DNA of 64,000 nucleotides from Mobula hypostoma (taxonomy: Eukaryota). The DNA lies in the NCBI RefSeq assembly GCF_963921235.1, contig NC_086108.1, forward strand, positions 22,320,001 to 22,384,000, read 5' to 3'. A model generated the notes under the pieces. It made no database searches, was not told the origin of the DNA, and was given only the letters and a program-made list of their open reading frames with translations. A program made the position numbers and the translations under genes. Positions 24,928 to 37,830 of this stretch are shown here, in pieces (within the stretch, counting starts at the first letter, position 1; every line of letters starts with the position of its first letter).

Positions 24928-27900
24928 AGTTCCATTATAACACAAAATACTAATGCATTAATAAAAGGCAGTGTGTTTTTCTCATGATTCAATTATATTT
25001 TAATTTCTTTTTCTTTGAGATGTGTGGATTTTTTTTCTTTTATGATGCATGAGGAACTATGGGCTTAAAGGGAGCTGTTTCTGCTAAGTGAGGATTCACA
25101 ATGTGAATATACCAGATACCAGTGAGCAAGTATAGCCTCAGTTCTACATTTTACTTGGAGGAGTTGCAGTGCAATTGATAGTTAACACAAGAGATTCTAC
25201 AGATGCTGAAAGAGCATAAAAGTGGGGGATGATGCACAGATGGAACCAGGTGAGGGAGGGGATAGAAAGGTGAAACAAGAGAGAAGAAAGAAGAAACCCA
25301 GAGGAATAGGAATGTTGGTGTCGAACAGATGGAAACCAGGTTTGAGGAAGGTGAAGAGAAAGTGAGACTTCAAAATGCTCTGCCTGTTAGATAGACAGAT
25401 AAAAAGTTTGTTTAAAGAGAATTACTGTGCATGTAATTTAGGCCAACCTTAACATATTTGGGGATCTAGACATCACTGAGAAAGTCCATCCCTAATTACC
25501 CTTTAGAAGGAGTTGATGAGTCATCTCCTGTAACTATTCTTCCAGTGAATGTGATACCATAATGTTTCTGGGTGAGAGTTCCTGGATTTAGACCCATCAA
25601 TGGTGAAGGAATTTCAATACAATTCCATGTTGCATTGAGAAGGCAGCTTAGATGGTTGTCCTACTGTTGTTGATCTACTCAAGCCACCCACAGGTTTGGG
25701 AAATGCTCTCTGAATAGATGAGGGAAGCAATTAGAGTTCATGATGAAGATGGTACATATTGGACCCATTGCATTGGCAGTGGAGGGAATGAATGTTTTGG
25801 ATCATGATAGGGTATTAATTCAACAGGATGTTTTGTCCTGGATGATCTTACGCTTCTTAAATGTTGTTAGAAAAGTAATTTATCATGCTCCTGACTTGCG
25901 CATTATAAATGGTGGAAAGGCATTGAGGTATGAGGAAGTGACCTTGGAAAACATACATATTTTCAGAATTATATTTGCACATTGAAAATTAAATTCTGAG
26001 ATGAGATTACATTGACTAGACTTGCATTTATTAAATATAGAAGATTAATTGATGATTTACCTGAGTTTGCTTAAGATACCTCATGTACTTTATCCTCCTC
26101 CGTTGTGGGCAGTCCCTCAGAATCAAGAATAATGTGTGTTCACTCAGATTTTGAAGGTTTTGAGGTGGCTTATGAGGCCCATATGGAAACAGCAGATAGT
26201 AAATAGGATGGGGCAGTTGATAGCCAACCGCGTTAGGGAAAAGGTAGTTTGCAAGTTGGTGCACTCCTTCTGCACATACACACAAATTGATTATTCTCAT
26301 AGTATATGATGTCGAGATTAAGACCATAAGAGATAGAAGCAGAATTAAGCTATTTGGCCCATCGAGTCTACTCTGCCATTCCATTATGGCTGATCTATAA
26401 TCCCTTTCAACCCCATTCTCCTGCCTTCTCCCCGTATCCTTTCACACCCTGACAACAAAAACTTATCAGCCTCTGCCTTAAATGTACTCAATGATTTGGC
26501 TTCCACAGCCACCTATGGCAATGAATTCCACAGATTCACCACCCTCCGGTTAAGGAAATGCCTCTTCATCTCTGTTCTAAATGGATGTTCCTCTATTCTG
26601 AGGCTATGCCCTCTGGTCTTAAGCTTCTCTCAATATAGGAAACATCTTCTCCACATCCACTCTATCTAGGCCTTTCAACATTTGATAGATATCAATGAAA
26701 TCCTCACTCATTCTTCTAAATTCCAGTACTCACTGGTCGAGAGCCATCAAACGCTCCTCATATGATATCCTTTCATTCCCAGAACCATTCTCATGAATCT
26801 GCTCTGAAATCTCTCTAATGTCAGCACATCCTTTCGTAGATAAGGGCCCAGAACTGCTCACAATACTCCAAGTGAGGCCTCACCAGTGCCTTATAATGCC
26901 TTTACATTATGTCCTTGCTTTTATATTCTAGGCCACTTGAAATGAATGCTAGCATTGCATTTGTCCTTCTCAGCACTGACTCAACCTGTAAATTAACCTT
27001 TAGGGAATCCTGCATGAGGACTCCCGAGTCCCCTTGCACCTCTGATTTCTGAATTTTTCCCGTTTAGAAAATAGTCTATGCCTTTATTCTTTTTACCAAA
27101 GTGCATGACCATACAGTCCTTACACTACATTCCATTTCCACTTCTTTGCCCATTCTCCTAATCTGTCTAAGTCCTTCTGCAGGCTCTCTGCGTCCTCAGC
27201 ACTACCTGCCCCTCTACCTATCCTTGTATCATCCACAAACTTAGCCACAAAGCCATCAATTCTGTCATCCAGATCATTGAAATATAACGTAAAAAGCAGT
27301 CCCAACACTGACACCTTTGGAGCACCATTAATCACTGGCAGCCAACAAGAAAAAGCTCCCTTTGTTCTCATTCTTTGCCTCCTGCCAATCAGCCAAGCTT
27401 CTATCCATGCTAGTATCTTTCCTGTAATACCATGGACTCTTATCTTGTTTAGCTGTCTTACATGAGGCACCTTGTCAAAGGCCTTCTGAAAATCCAAGTA
27501 CATAGCATCCACTGATTCTATCTGCTCATTATTTCCTCAAAGATTTGTCAGGGAAGACTTTCCCTTAATTAAACCATGTTGACTTTGGCCTATTTTATTA
27601 TGTGCCTTCAAGTATCTTGAGACTTCATCTTTAACAATCGGTTCTGATATCTTCCTAATCACTGAGGTCAGGCTAACTTCCCTATAATTTCCTTCCTTCT
27701 GCCTCTCTCCCTTCTTGAAGAGTGGAGTGACATTTTCAATTTTCTAGTCCTCTGGAACCATGCCAGAATCTAGTGATTCTTGAACGATCATTACTAATGC
27801 CTTCACAATCTCTTCAGCTACCTCTTTCAGAATCCTGGATGTAGTCCATTTGATCCAGGTGATTTAACTGCCTTCAGACCTTTCAGCTTCCCAAACACTT

Positions 27901-28185
27901 TCTCCCTAGCAATTTCACTCAATTCTGCACCCTGACACTATCAAACTCCAGCATACTGTTAGTGTCTTCTAACAGTGAAAACTGGCACAAAATACTTATT
28001 TAGGTTCTCCACTATTTCTTTGCCCCCATTACTACCTCCATGGTGTATTTTTCCAGCAGTCTGATATATACTCTCTCTCTCTCTTTTACTCTTTATTTAT
28101 CTGGAAAAAAGTATTTCTTCTTTGATAGTATTGGCTAGCTTACCTTCATGTTTCATCTTTTCTCTCCATATGGCTTTTTCAGTAG

Positions 28186-29864
28186 TGTTACAAGAATCAC
28201 CCCTTGTTATAATGATTAGTGAGGCACAGTGAATCTGTATTTACCGACAAGTAACTTTTATTGTCTCAACTAAAAAGCATGTGGGTTCACAAACTGGATC
28301 CCATTGGAATTCCCTGACCCTCCATGAGCAGTTAATGAAGAGAAAAGGTATTACCCAGGAAAGGAGTCTATGCTGACCAGGCGTCCCTCGTGGTACCGAT
28401 CTCCACGAGTTCATGGGGTCCTCTTTATCCACAATGGTTGGTCTCTAATTGCTGGAGAGTTATTGCCCCTATGTATTTGGAGCTCCTGACTCTTCTCGTG
28501 TTCCTTAGCAGTTGAACTGGTGGATATCCATCCCATTGGCTCAATGTCACCTGACCTACTTGGGTTACCCTCTTACTGGTTCTTGTCCAGGGCTACAACT
28601 GACATTGTTCCATGGTTCTGTCCACCCCAGCCTTGTGTATTTGCATCTTCTAACTCTGACTGCTTCAAACCAGTTAGGCTATGTCCACACTAGACCGGAT
28701 AATTTTGAAAACGAAGCTTTTTCTTTTCGTTTTGACCCTCCGTCCACATTGAAATGGTGTTTTCATCCCCCAAAAATGGAGCTTTTCTAAAACACTCTCC
28801 AGAGTGTGTAAATTTGAAAACGATTGTTGCACATTGTAGTGTGGACGGGGTAAACGGAGATATTTTAAAACGTTGTCATGACAACACCACAACAACAGTG
28901 CTTTTTCTGCTTCTGCTTGGTACTGCGCAAGCACTGCTGGACGGCTGTTATAACACGCAGTCGGTGTGAACGGCGTGAGAGTTAAATTGTAAAGTGAGCT
29001 TTTTTGACTAGATCCCCTAAATTGATTTGATTGAGTCTATCTTTAAAAATATTAATGTCAGAAATACTGTGCAGATCTGGCAGCAGAAGATTCCACTCTC
29101 TTGTTGATCTTGGGTAGAGGACAGCTTCATGCGTGTGTTGTTTACTTTATTGTCTACGTTAATAGCTTGTTTGGAGTTAAACATCTCCACTTTCTCCACT
29201 GCTTTGCTTGACTCCATTGTCTGTCTAAACGAAGAAGTCCAGTCTGCTTCTTCCAGCTGAGGTTTTCATTGTATTCCTCGAAGACATTGTTGAAAACTTT
29301 CTTTCGCTGTTGTTGTTGGTACTCTAGTTTTTGACCAATAGAAATAGCACAACGCCGCCACAGAAACGTAAATATTATACCGTTTCGTCTCCGCTTGTTT
29401 TCTGTAGATGTGTCTGCACATGCCCAGTAGGAGTAGATTTGCCCAAATATCCGTTTTAATATGGACAGAGATGTTTTGAAAAACGCCTAGTGTGGACGCC
29501 TGTCGTTTTTACTCGAAACCAGCGTTTTCAAAATTATCCGGTCTAATGTAGACGTAGCCTTAAATGAAGTGGCCCAGACAGAGACTAACGAGATTACAGA
29601 CTGCTTCTTTGGTAGGTCTGGAACTTTACATAATAAATAGCTACTCATCTGAGAATGGTCTCAGGTTTAGCCGGCCGTTACCTGAAGCTCCTTGTGTCCA
29701 CATTCAATTGCTCTGATTAGATTATCCAAGAGCAAGAGTCAGTTCAGAGCCCACAAAATGGGGGGGGGGGCTGTGGGGGAACAAAGACAACTGGTTCGTC
29801 TGCTTCCCTTGTCCTTGATTCATCAAATCCACTCATTGTAAAGTGTAGTTTCTTCTGGCCAGCA
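28186..29864. mobile_element. Probable solo LTR (about 790 bp after removing the nested MITE)
   Basis: Begins TGTTAC, ends CAGCA; 4-bp TSD GTAG/GTTG; cleanly interrupts the CR1. Confidence 0.55.
28677..29559. mobile_element. Non-autonomous PIF/Harbinger DNA transposon
   Basis: 37-bp TIRs GGCTATGTCCACACTAGACCGGATAATTTTGAAAACG / CGTTTTCAAAATTATCCGGTCTAATGTAGACGTAGCC; TTA on both flanks. Confidence 0.85.
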
Positions 29865-29984
29865 GTTGTCTTCTGTTAGTTTTTCAAAACAACCCAAATC
29901 TCTAATTACCCACTAATTTTTGCTATATTAGATGCTTTTATGGTTTTTTTGACTTCCCTTTTCAGGCATGGCTGTGTCATCCTG

Positions 29985-30575
29985 CCTGTATATCAGTGAG
30001 GCCTGACATAGCTTGAGAGACCTCTTCACTAAGCAGCTATGCTCCACCCCCAGAAAAAGTGGGGTCTCCCAGTGGTCACACATTTTAATTCCACTTCTTA
30101 TTCTCACTCTGATATGTCTATCCATGACCTCCTTCTCTGTCATGACAAGACCACACTCAGGTTGGAGGAATAACACTTTGTATTCTGTTTGGGTAACCTC
30201 TAACATTGATTTCTCGACCTTCTGGTAATGTGTCTGCCCCCCCCCCCACCTTATCTCCTTGTCTGCCCATCGCTTCCCGCTGGTGCTCCTGCCCCCTTTT
30301 CTTCCATGGGCTTCTGTACTCTCCTATTAGTCTCCTCCTTTTCCAGCCCTGTGTCTCCTACCGATCAGCTTCCCAGCTCTTTACTTCACCCCTCCCCCTC
30401 CCAGTTTCACCTAACACCTTGTGTTTCTCCCTCCCCACCCCCCACCTTTAACTCTACTCCTCATCTTTTTTCCTCCAGTTCTGCTGAAGGGTCTTGGCCC
30501 AAAACGTCGACTTTATTCTTTTCCATAGATGCTGCCTGGCCTGCTGAGTTCCTCCAGCATTTTGTGTGTGTTGTT
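29985..30575 (+). mobile_element. Penelope-like element 3' fragment
   Basis: GIY-YIG remnant (LYI.E...V..HFNS) followed by the tail with a mutated hammerhead at 30476-30513. Confidence 0.8.
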
Positions 30576-32009
30576 TAGAATACTTCTTCTTCTTTGGGAT
30601 GTATCTATCCTGCACCTTTTCAATTTCTCCCAGAAATTCCAGCTTTTGCTACTCTGCCATCAACCCTGCTAGTGTCCCCTTCCAATCAATTTTGGCCAGC
30701 TCATCTCTCATGTCTGTGTAATTCCCTTTACTCCACTGTAGTACTAATAGATCTGACTTTAGCTTTTCCCTCTCAAATTTCAGGGTGCAATCTATCATAT
30801 TATGATCACTGCTTCCAAAGAGTTCTTTTACCTTAAGTTCCCTAATCAAATCCAGATCATAAAACAACACCCAATCCAGAACAGCCTTTCCCTTAGTGGG
30901 CACAACCACAAGCTGTTCTAAATAGCATCTCATGGGCATTCTACAAATTCTGTCTCTCAAGATCCAACAACAATCTGATTTTCCCAAACTACCTGCATAT
31001 TGAAATCCTCCATGACTAACATAACGTTGCCCTTTTGACATGTGTTTTCTATTTCCCATTGTAATATGTAGTCCACGTCCAGGCTACCTGTTCGGATGAC
31101 TCTGTATAACTCCCATCAAGGTCTTTCTACCCTTGCAGTTTCCTAACTCTACCCAAAAGGATTCTATATCTTCCAGTCCCGTGTCACCTCTTTCTAAGGA
31201 TTTCAATTCATTTTTTTACCAACAGTGGCACCCCACCCCATCTGTCTACCTGTCTGCCCTTTTGATACAATATGGATCCTTGGTTGAACTTCTTTCAACC
31301 ACGACTCAGTGATGCCCACAACGTCAAACCTACTGTACCAAGATCTAACTGTGCTACAAGATCATCTACCTTATTTTGTATACTGTGTGCTTTTAAATAT
31401 AACACCTTCAATCCTGTATTAATCACCCTTTTTGATTTTTGTCCCCATGTTACACTGCAACTCATCCCACTGACTGCAATTTTATCCCATCATCTGCCTG
31501 TACTTCCTGACGAGTCTCACTGCTCACTGCACGTAGTTATGTACCAACTGCCAAATTAGTTTAAACCCTCCCTAATAATTCTAGCAAACCAGCCCACAAG
31601 GATATTCGTCTCCCTTCAGTTCAGGTGTAGCCCGTCCCTTTTGTACAGATCATGCCTACCCTAGAAGAATTCCCAATGATCCAGAAATCTGAAGCCCTCC
31701 CCCGGCACCAGTTCCTCAGCCACGCATTCATCTGCCAAATTATCCTGTTCTTACCTTCACTAGCACATGGCACAGGCAGCAGTCTAGGAGGTCCTGTTTT
31801 TCAGCTTTCTACCTTGCTTCCTAAATTCTCTGTTCAGGACCTCCTCCCTTTTCCTACCTATGCCATTGGTGCCAATATGTACCAAGACTTTTGGCTGGTC
31901 ACCCTCCCCTTTTAGAAATGTTCATATCATATATCAGTGAAAATCTAATTCTGATATGATTGAATGGTGATACTCAGCAACTTTCAGTGAACTGTGGACT
32001 TGGACAAGA

Positions 32010-33090
32010 CTTCGCAGTACCTCAGTGTTATTAAGGAGTATACAATGAATTACATATTTTTTCTTTCATTCGATTTCCAAAGTGCAACACTTTACACTTA
32101 GCTAGATTCTGCCATGTCTGTGTCCACATTTGCAATAATTGATCCGTAGCTTTTTGTATTCTTTGATAATCCTTTACAATGTCTACATATCCACCAATAT
32201 TTGTTTCATCTGTAAACTTGCTGATTCATCCATCTATATTTTCCTCCAGATCACTGATGTGTATCACTAACAAGGGTCCCAGCACCGATCCTTACAGACC
32301 ACCACCAATCACGGACCTCCATTGGAATAACAGCCACCTGCCCGTACACTATTTCTCTTCTGCAGACAAGGACATTTTGAATCCAAATTTTGCAATTCAC
32401 CTTGTATTCCATGCAGCTTTATCTTGGAATCAAACTACCAAGAGGGAATTTATCAAGTGGCTTACTGAAGTCCATTAAGATAATATCCACTGCCTTACCC
32501 TCATCAAGCGCCTTTGTCACTCCTCAAAATCTTGATCAAGTTTGTAGGAAATGACTTTGCAAAGCCATGCTGACTTCCCGAAGTAGGTCATGCCTTACAA
32601 AGTGTGCATTAATCCTATCCTTCAGTATTCTCTCCAAGGGCTTCCCTACCACTGCTATGAGGCTCACTGGCCTATAATTACCCCTATTTCCCTTCTTGAA
32701 CAAGGGCAGAGCACTTCCTACACTGCAGTCTCCCGAGTTCTCACTTGCTGCTAGTGAGGTCACAAAGATCCTTGTCAAAACCCCTGCAATCTCCTCACTT
32801 GCTTCTTTCGATATTCTGTAATGTATTGGACATGCTTTTCAGATTAAGGCATAAATTTTCGAGCAACATAAAAAACAAGATTTTTTTACACAGTGAGTGG
32901 TAGATGCTTGGAATGGGTTACCAGGGTAATAGTGGAATAGGCACTTTAAGGAGCTTTTAGATACATGAACATGAAGGGAATGGATGAATATGGATGATAA
33001 ACAGCAGGAGAGTATGCAGTATAAATCAGCATTAAGATCAGCACAACACCAGTCTTAAATGGCCTGTCAATATTGTACTGCTGTATCTTC
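32010..33090. mobile_element. Old CR1 fragments (minus 32010-32815, plus 32815-33090)
   Basis: PLFKKGNRGNYRPVSLIAVVGK on the minus strand; CR1 3'-UTR-like sequence on the plus strand. Confidence 0.7.
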
Positions 33091-33378
33091 TTTGAATTCC
33101 AGAGGTGAGAGCCTAGACTGCTGAAGTTCCTAGAATATCATAAGTGTGAAGACATGTACGGGACCAAGAACTCCAAAGTGCCATAAAACAGCTTTGCGTA
33201 GAAGTAATTCTAATTGTTTTCTTTTAAATATGTTATTTAATTTTGCCTATTGTATCCAAGACTGAGAATCTTCACTGCTGATCTATAAAAACATGTTTTG
33301 ATGTGGTGTGAGGCATTGCAATCTATTTTTCCAGGAAGTACACACAAAGGGACTTATTTCACTCCTATCTTTCCTCAG

Positions 33379-34157
33379 GATCCAGGCTCCTTTTCTGGAA
33401 GTTTGCAATTACGCTAATTGGACTGATTGTAATTTTGAGCATCTTTGCATACTGGCATTGGACATCTGAAAGTACTGCTCATCAGTTGATAAAAGAGAGA
33501 GAGGTTTGCTTCCTCAAGAATTGGAACAAGATCCAGAACAGGTTCCCAAATCAATGTGAGGAACTATGGATACGCAGTGAGATTTTATTGAAGAATCATG
33601 CAGCCAAAGCAACACCCACTTGGCCTGCTGTACTAATATTTGCTGCTGCTCAGGATGCACAGAAAACCTTGCATTGTCTTGCACGTGAGGTCGCGGGGGC
33701 CTATGCCTCAGCCTTCAACTCTGGTGTGGTAGAAATTGATGGATCTGTACAGTACCTCAACAGCAATGAAATGAAGTTGGCCATGGACAGCCAGTTAATG
33801 TCTGAGTTTAATAAGGGAAGAAAGGCAGCAGTTATTTATCACTTTCAGGATCTGCCACTAGATTCTTCCCTTCTGTTCTACAAATACTGTGACCATGAAA
33901 ATGCAGCCTTCAAGGACATCTCCATGTTGATCACAGTGACACTGGATAATTCAACACTGAAACCAGATTTGTCTCTTAAAACCACAGAAGAAATAGTGCA
34001 CAACTTCCTCAAGAAGAAATTTTGCTCTGACACCCAGGCTGCACACCGTGAGGTGGCTGTAGACAAACTGAGTGGCCTGTGGAGCCGCATTGCCCATGTG
34101 GTGCTCCCAGTCAGGCCCGAAAATGAAATTGAAGCTAAGGGCTGTCCAGAGATTTAA
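33379..34157 (+). CDS. TOR1AIP1: Last coding exon of a torsin-1A-interacting protein (LAP1/TOR1AIP1 or LULL1/TOR1AIP2 family): TM helix plus luminal AAA+-like torsin activator domain
   Basis: Acceptor ctatctttcctcAG at 33378, phase 1. Translation GSRLLFWKFAITLIGLIVILSIFAYW (TM)...LLFYKYCDHENAAFKD...DKLSGLWSRIAHVVLPVRPE...GCPEI*. The FYKYCDHENAAFKD and LWSRI motifs are family hallmarks; the arginine finger is codon 34086-34088. The family call is firm; TOR1AIP1 versus TOR1AIP2 is inferred from exon architecture only. Confidence 0.9.
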
Positions 34158-34396
34158 AGAAATACACTTTTAGCACTACATTGCTAAAAATGTCTGGTTA
34201 GGTCAATTGTGGAGAATATTTTATAAATATTATCATAGATAGAATCTGGATCTTGTATTTTCTAGGGTTGGTGCAGAAAAATAATATATTTTGAAGCTCT
34301 GCTTATAAGAATTTGTATTATTATTACTACTGGTTTTTCTGTGTCCTCTTTAGCATATTGTTGTCACCTCTAACCCGAACTTGCGCAGCCAATTTA

Positions 34397-35992
34397 TAGT
34401 GGCATGCAAAAGTTTGGGCACCCCGGTCAAAATTTCTGTTACTGTGAATAGTTAAGTGAGTAGAAGATGAACTGATCTCCAAAAGTCATAAAGTTAAAGA
34501 TGAAACATTCTTTTCAACATTTTAAGCAAGATTAATGTATTATTTTTGTTCTGTACAATTTTAGAGTGAGAAAAAGGAGCACCATGCAAAAGTTTGGGCA
34601 CCCCAAGAGATTTGAGCTCTCAGATAACTTTTACCAAGGTCTCAGACCTTAAGTAGCTTGTTAGGGCTATGGCTTGTTCACAGTCATCGTTAGGAAGGCC
34701 AGGTAATGCAAATTTCAAAGCTATAAATACCCTGATTCCTCTAACCTTGTCCCAACAATCGGCAGCCATGGGCTCCTCTAAGCAGCTCCCTAGCAGAATG
34801 AAAATTAAAATAAATGATGCCCACAAAGCAGGAGAAGGCTATAAGAAGATAGCAAAGCGTTTTCGGGTAGCCGTTTCCTCAGTTCATAATGTAATTAAGA
34901 AATGGCAGTTAACAGGAACGGTGGAGGTCTGGAAGACCAAGAAAACTTTCCGAGAGAGCTGCTCAAAAGAGAGCTGCTAGAAAGGCAAATCAAAACCCCT
35001 GTTTGACTGCAAAAGACCTTCAGGAAGATTTAGGAGTGGTGTGCACTGTTCTACTGTGCAGCGACACCTGCACAAATATGACCTTCATGGAGGAGTCATC
35101 AGAAGAAAAAGTTCCTGCGTCCTCACCACAAGATTTAGCGTCAGAAGTTTGCAAAGGAACGTCTAAACAAGCCTGATGCATTTTGGAAACAAGTCCTGTG
35201 GACTGATGAAGTTAAAATAAAACTTTTTTGGCCGCAATGAGCAAAGGTATGTTTGGAGAAAAAAGGGTGTAGAATTTCATGAAAAGAACACCTCTCCAAC
35301 TGTTAAGCACAGGGGTGGATCGATCATGCTTTGAGCTTGTGTTGCAGCCAGTGGCACGGGGAACATTTCACTGGTAGAGAGAAGAATGAATTCAATTAAA
35401 TACCAGCAAATTCTGGAAGCAAACATCACACTGTCTGTAAAAAAGCTGAAGATGAAAAGAGGATGGCTTCTACAACAGGATAATGATCCTAAACACACCT
35501 CAAAATCCACAATGGACTACCTCAAGAGGCGCAAGCTGAAGGTTTTGCCATGGGCCTCACAGTCCCCCGACCTAAACATCATTGAAAATCTGTGGATAGA
35601 CCTCAAAAGAGCAGTGCATGCAAGACAGCCCAAGAATCTCACAGAACCAGAAGCCTTTTGCAAGGAAGAATGGGCAAATATCCCCCAAACAAGAATTGAA
35701 AGACTCTTAGCCAGCTACAGAAAGCATTTACAAGCTGTGATACTTGCCAAAGGGGGTGTTACTAAGTACTGACCATGCAGGGTGCCCAAACTTTTGCTTC
35801 AGGCCCTTTTCCTTTTTTGTTATTTTGAAACTGTACAAGTTGGAAATAAAAAAGTAACCTAGCTTAAAATATTAAAGAATTGTGTCATCTTTAACTTCAT
35901 GCCTTTTGGAAATCAGTTCATTTTTTACTCGCTTAGCTATTCACAGTAACAGAAATTTTGACCAGGGGTGCCCAAACTTTTGCATGCCACTG
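34397..35992 (+). mobile_element. Full-length decayed Tc1-like transposon (DD34E, IR/DR type)
   Basis: TA flanks; imperfect TIRs of about 210 bp, each with two copies of GCAAAAGTTTGGGCACCC. Transposase pseudogene 34768-35772: HKAGEGYKKIAKRF, GRPRKLS, VLWTDE, QQDNDPKH-34aa-E, with frameshifts and an internal stop. Confidence 0.95.
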
Positions 35993-37387
35993 TATATGAA
36001 AGATGCAATTTGAATGTTGGCTGTTGCACAACACTGTGTTATGCTGTGCGTTGCATAAAAGGAGAATCTGGCTGGATGGACTCCTGGAGCTTTCATTACT
36101 CTCACTGTTTGCTCCAACTGCCTCACCTCCAGCTATCGAACTATTAAAGTGTCTATTGTTACCGGTGGGAAAGTGAATTTTCATTCAGAGATGCATTTTC
36201 TTCAGAGCTTCAACATCTTTGTAATGAATAAACAAGTGTTTTGAGAGAATACTTTTAAAACCCTTTAGCTTTCTTTCTCTTTCATTCTAAGTGGTTAATA
36301 ATTCACCAGAGATCAGTTATTAATCCAAACTATGTGCATAGCACCACTAATGTCCATACTTTGGTGAGAATAATCTGGGAGTGGAGGGTTGAGTTAATCA
36401 GCACCTTAGTAGTATCCTGGACAAGACTGAAAAGCAAACCTATTTGTGTAACCCCTTGACTGTAGTAATTCCATGTTCCACGGTAAAATTGGAGAGAAGA
36501 TACCAGAAGAAGCTTGTTCACAGATAAATATTTGTGGGTTTGCTGGACCCAAATCTAATAAAAATCCAATTCAATTATTCCTGGTGCTATCTTGCATACT
36601 TCGATATTGTCATTGATAACCCATTCCATCAAAAGCGGCATCAACATTTTCTCAGCAAGCCGTTGGTGCTTTTATTCTGAAACCTATAGCAATGCTTTGA
36701 GTTGGGATTGTATATATTTTTATAAAGCTATTTTATGTATTTGTTACCCTGAGGAAGGTCCAAGATTTTCATCAAGTTGCATTTGATTAGAATTCATAAT
36801 AAAAGCTTGTAGGAAACTTATGATTGACATTTTGTTCCTCTTTTGAAAACAAGTTTGATGAAAACACTACTTTTTTCCAATTTTTGTAGTGGAAATTTAA
36901 GTTCACACAGTGCCCTTGATTGAAGGCTGGGAAATGAAAGGAAGTTGTAGCAGCATGGAGATAAAATTGGCTAAGCAGCAAGAAACAGTGAATGGTTGTA
37001 TATTAGATGGCGGAGAATTTGTACAGTGCAATTCTCTGCTCTCGCTCTCTCTTTCCATCTACTTATGTATATGTATCTATATCTCCAATAGGACTAGTGG
37101 ATTAGCAAATTTCTGCACAACTGTATATTATTTGAATAATGCTAAACAAATTTTAGTTTTCTTTTTAAGCTGTTGCACAGTATTATAATAAATTTCCTCG
37201 ATAAGTTTAAAGGGAATATGGGAAATGGGATGCTGGTCAGTTTAAAGACAGACACAAGCAAGACCCCTTAAAAGTTGGAAGGAGCATGGGACTTGGGCCC
37301 CTGTGAGCTGGAAAAGGACACATCAATCATTAACTAAGCCAGATACAGAACCATCAGGTTTTCTGAATGGTTGGATCAAGGACACCC

Positions 37388-37830
37388 GTACAGCTGCACA
37401 TTAATGCAAATATATAATCGGCCAATCAAGTGGCAGCAACTCAATGAATAAAGGCATACAAACATGATCAAGAGGTTCAGTTGTTGTTCAGACCAAACAT
37501 CAGAAAGACCATGGAATGATTGTTGGTGCCAGATGGGGTGGTTTCTCAGAAACCTCTGATCTCCTAAGATTTTCTCTAGAGTTTACAGAGACTGGAGCGA
37601 ATAACCAAAAAAAAAATCCAGTGACTGGAGTTATGCTGGAAAAAAATGCCTTGTTAACGAGTGAGGTCAGAGAATGACCAGACTGGTTCAAGCTGACAGG
37701 AAGGTGATGTTAACCAAAATAACCACACATTACAACAGTGGTAAGCAAGCAGTAGAGCATCTCTGAATGCACCTTGAAGTGAGCTACAACAGCAGAAGGC
37801 TACAAACATAACCACTTTATTAGGTACAGG
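37388..37830 (+). mobile_element. Deleted Tc1-like element of a second family
   Basis: Remnant GMIVGARWGG..SETSDLL..SRVYRDW N-terminal transposase; CCACTTTATTAGGTACA terminal motif. Confidence 0.65.

Larger units (their letters stand above)
26320..31912 (-). mobile_element. CR1 LINE (second subfamily), long copy interrupted by a solo LTR, a Harbinger MITE and a Penelope fragment
   Basis: 3' tail TAAGACCATAAG at 26320; YLDFQKAFDKVPH and FVDDT; SDHNMI (APE); ORF1 esterase remnant at 31560-31912. Sequence is colinear across the inserts. Confidence 0.85.

Noticed and set aside
34768..35772. Functional or domesticated transposase
   Set aside because: Deletion near 34930, frameshifts and a TGA at about 35333 disrupt the frame.
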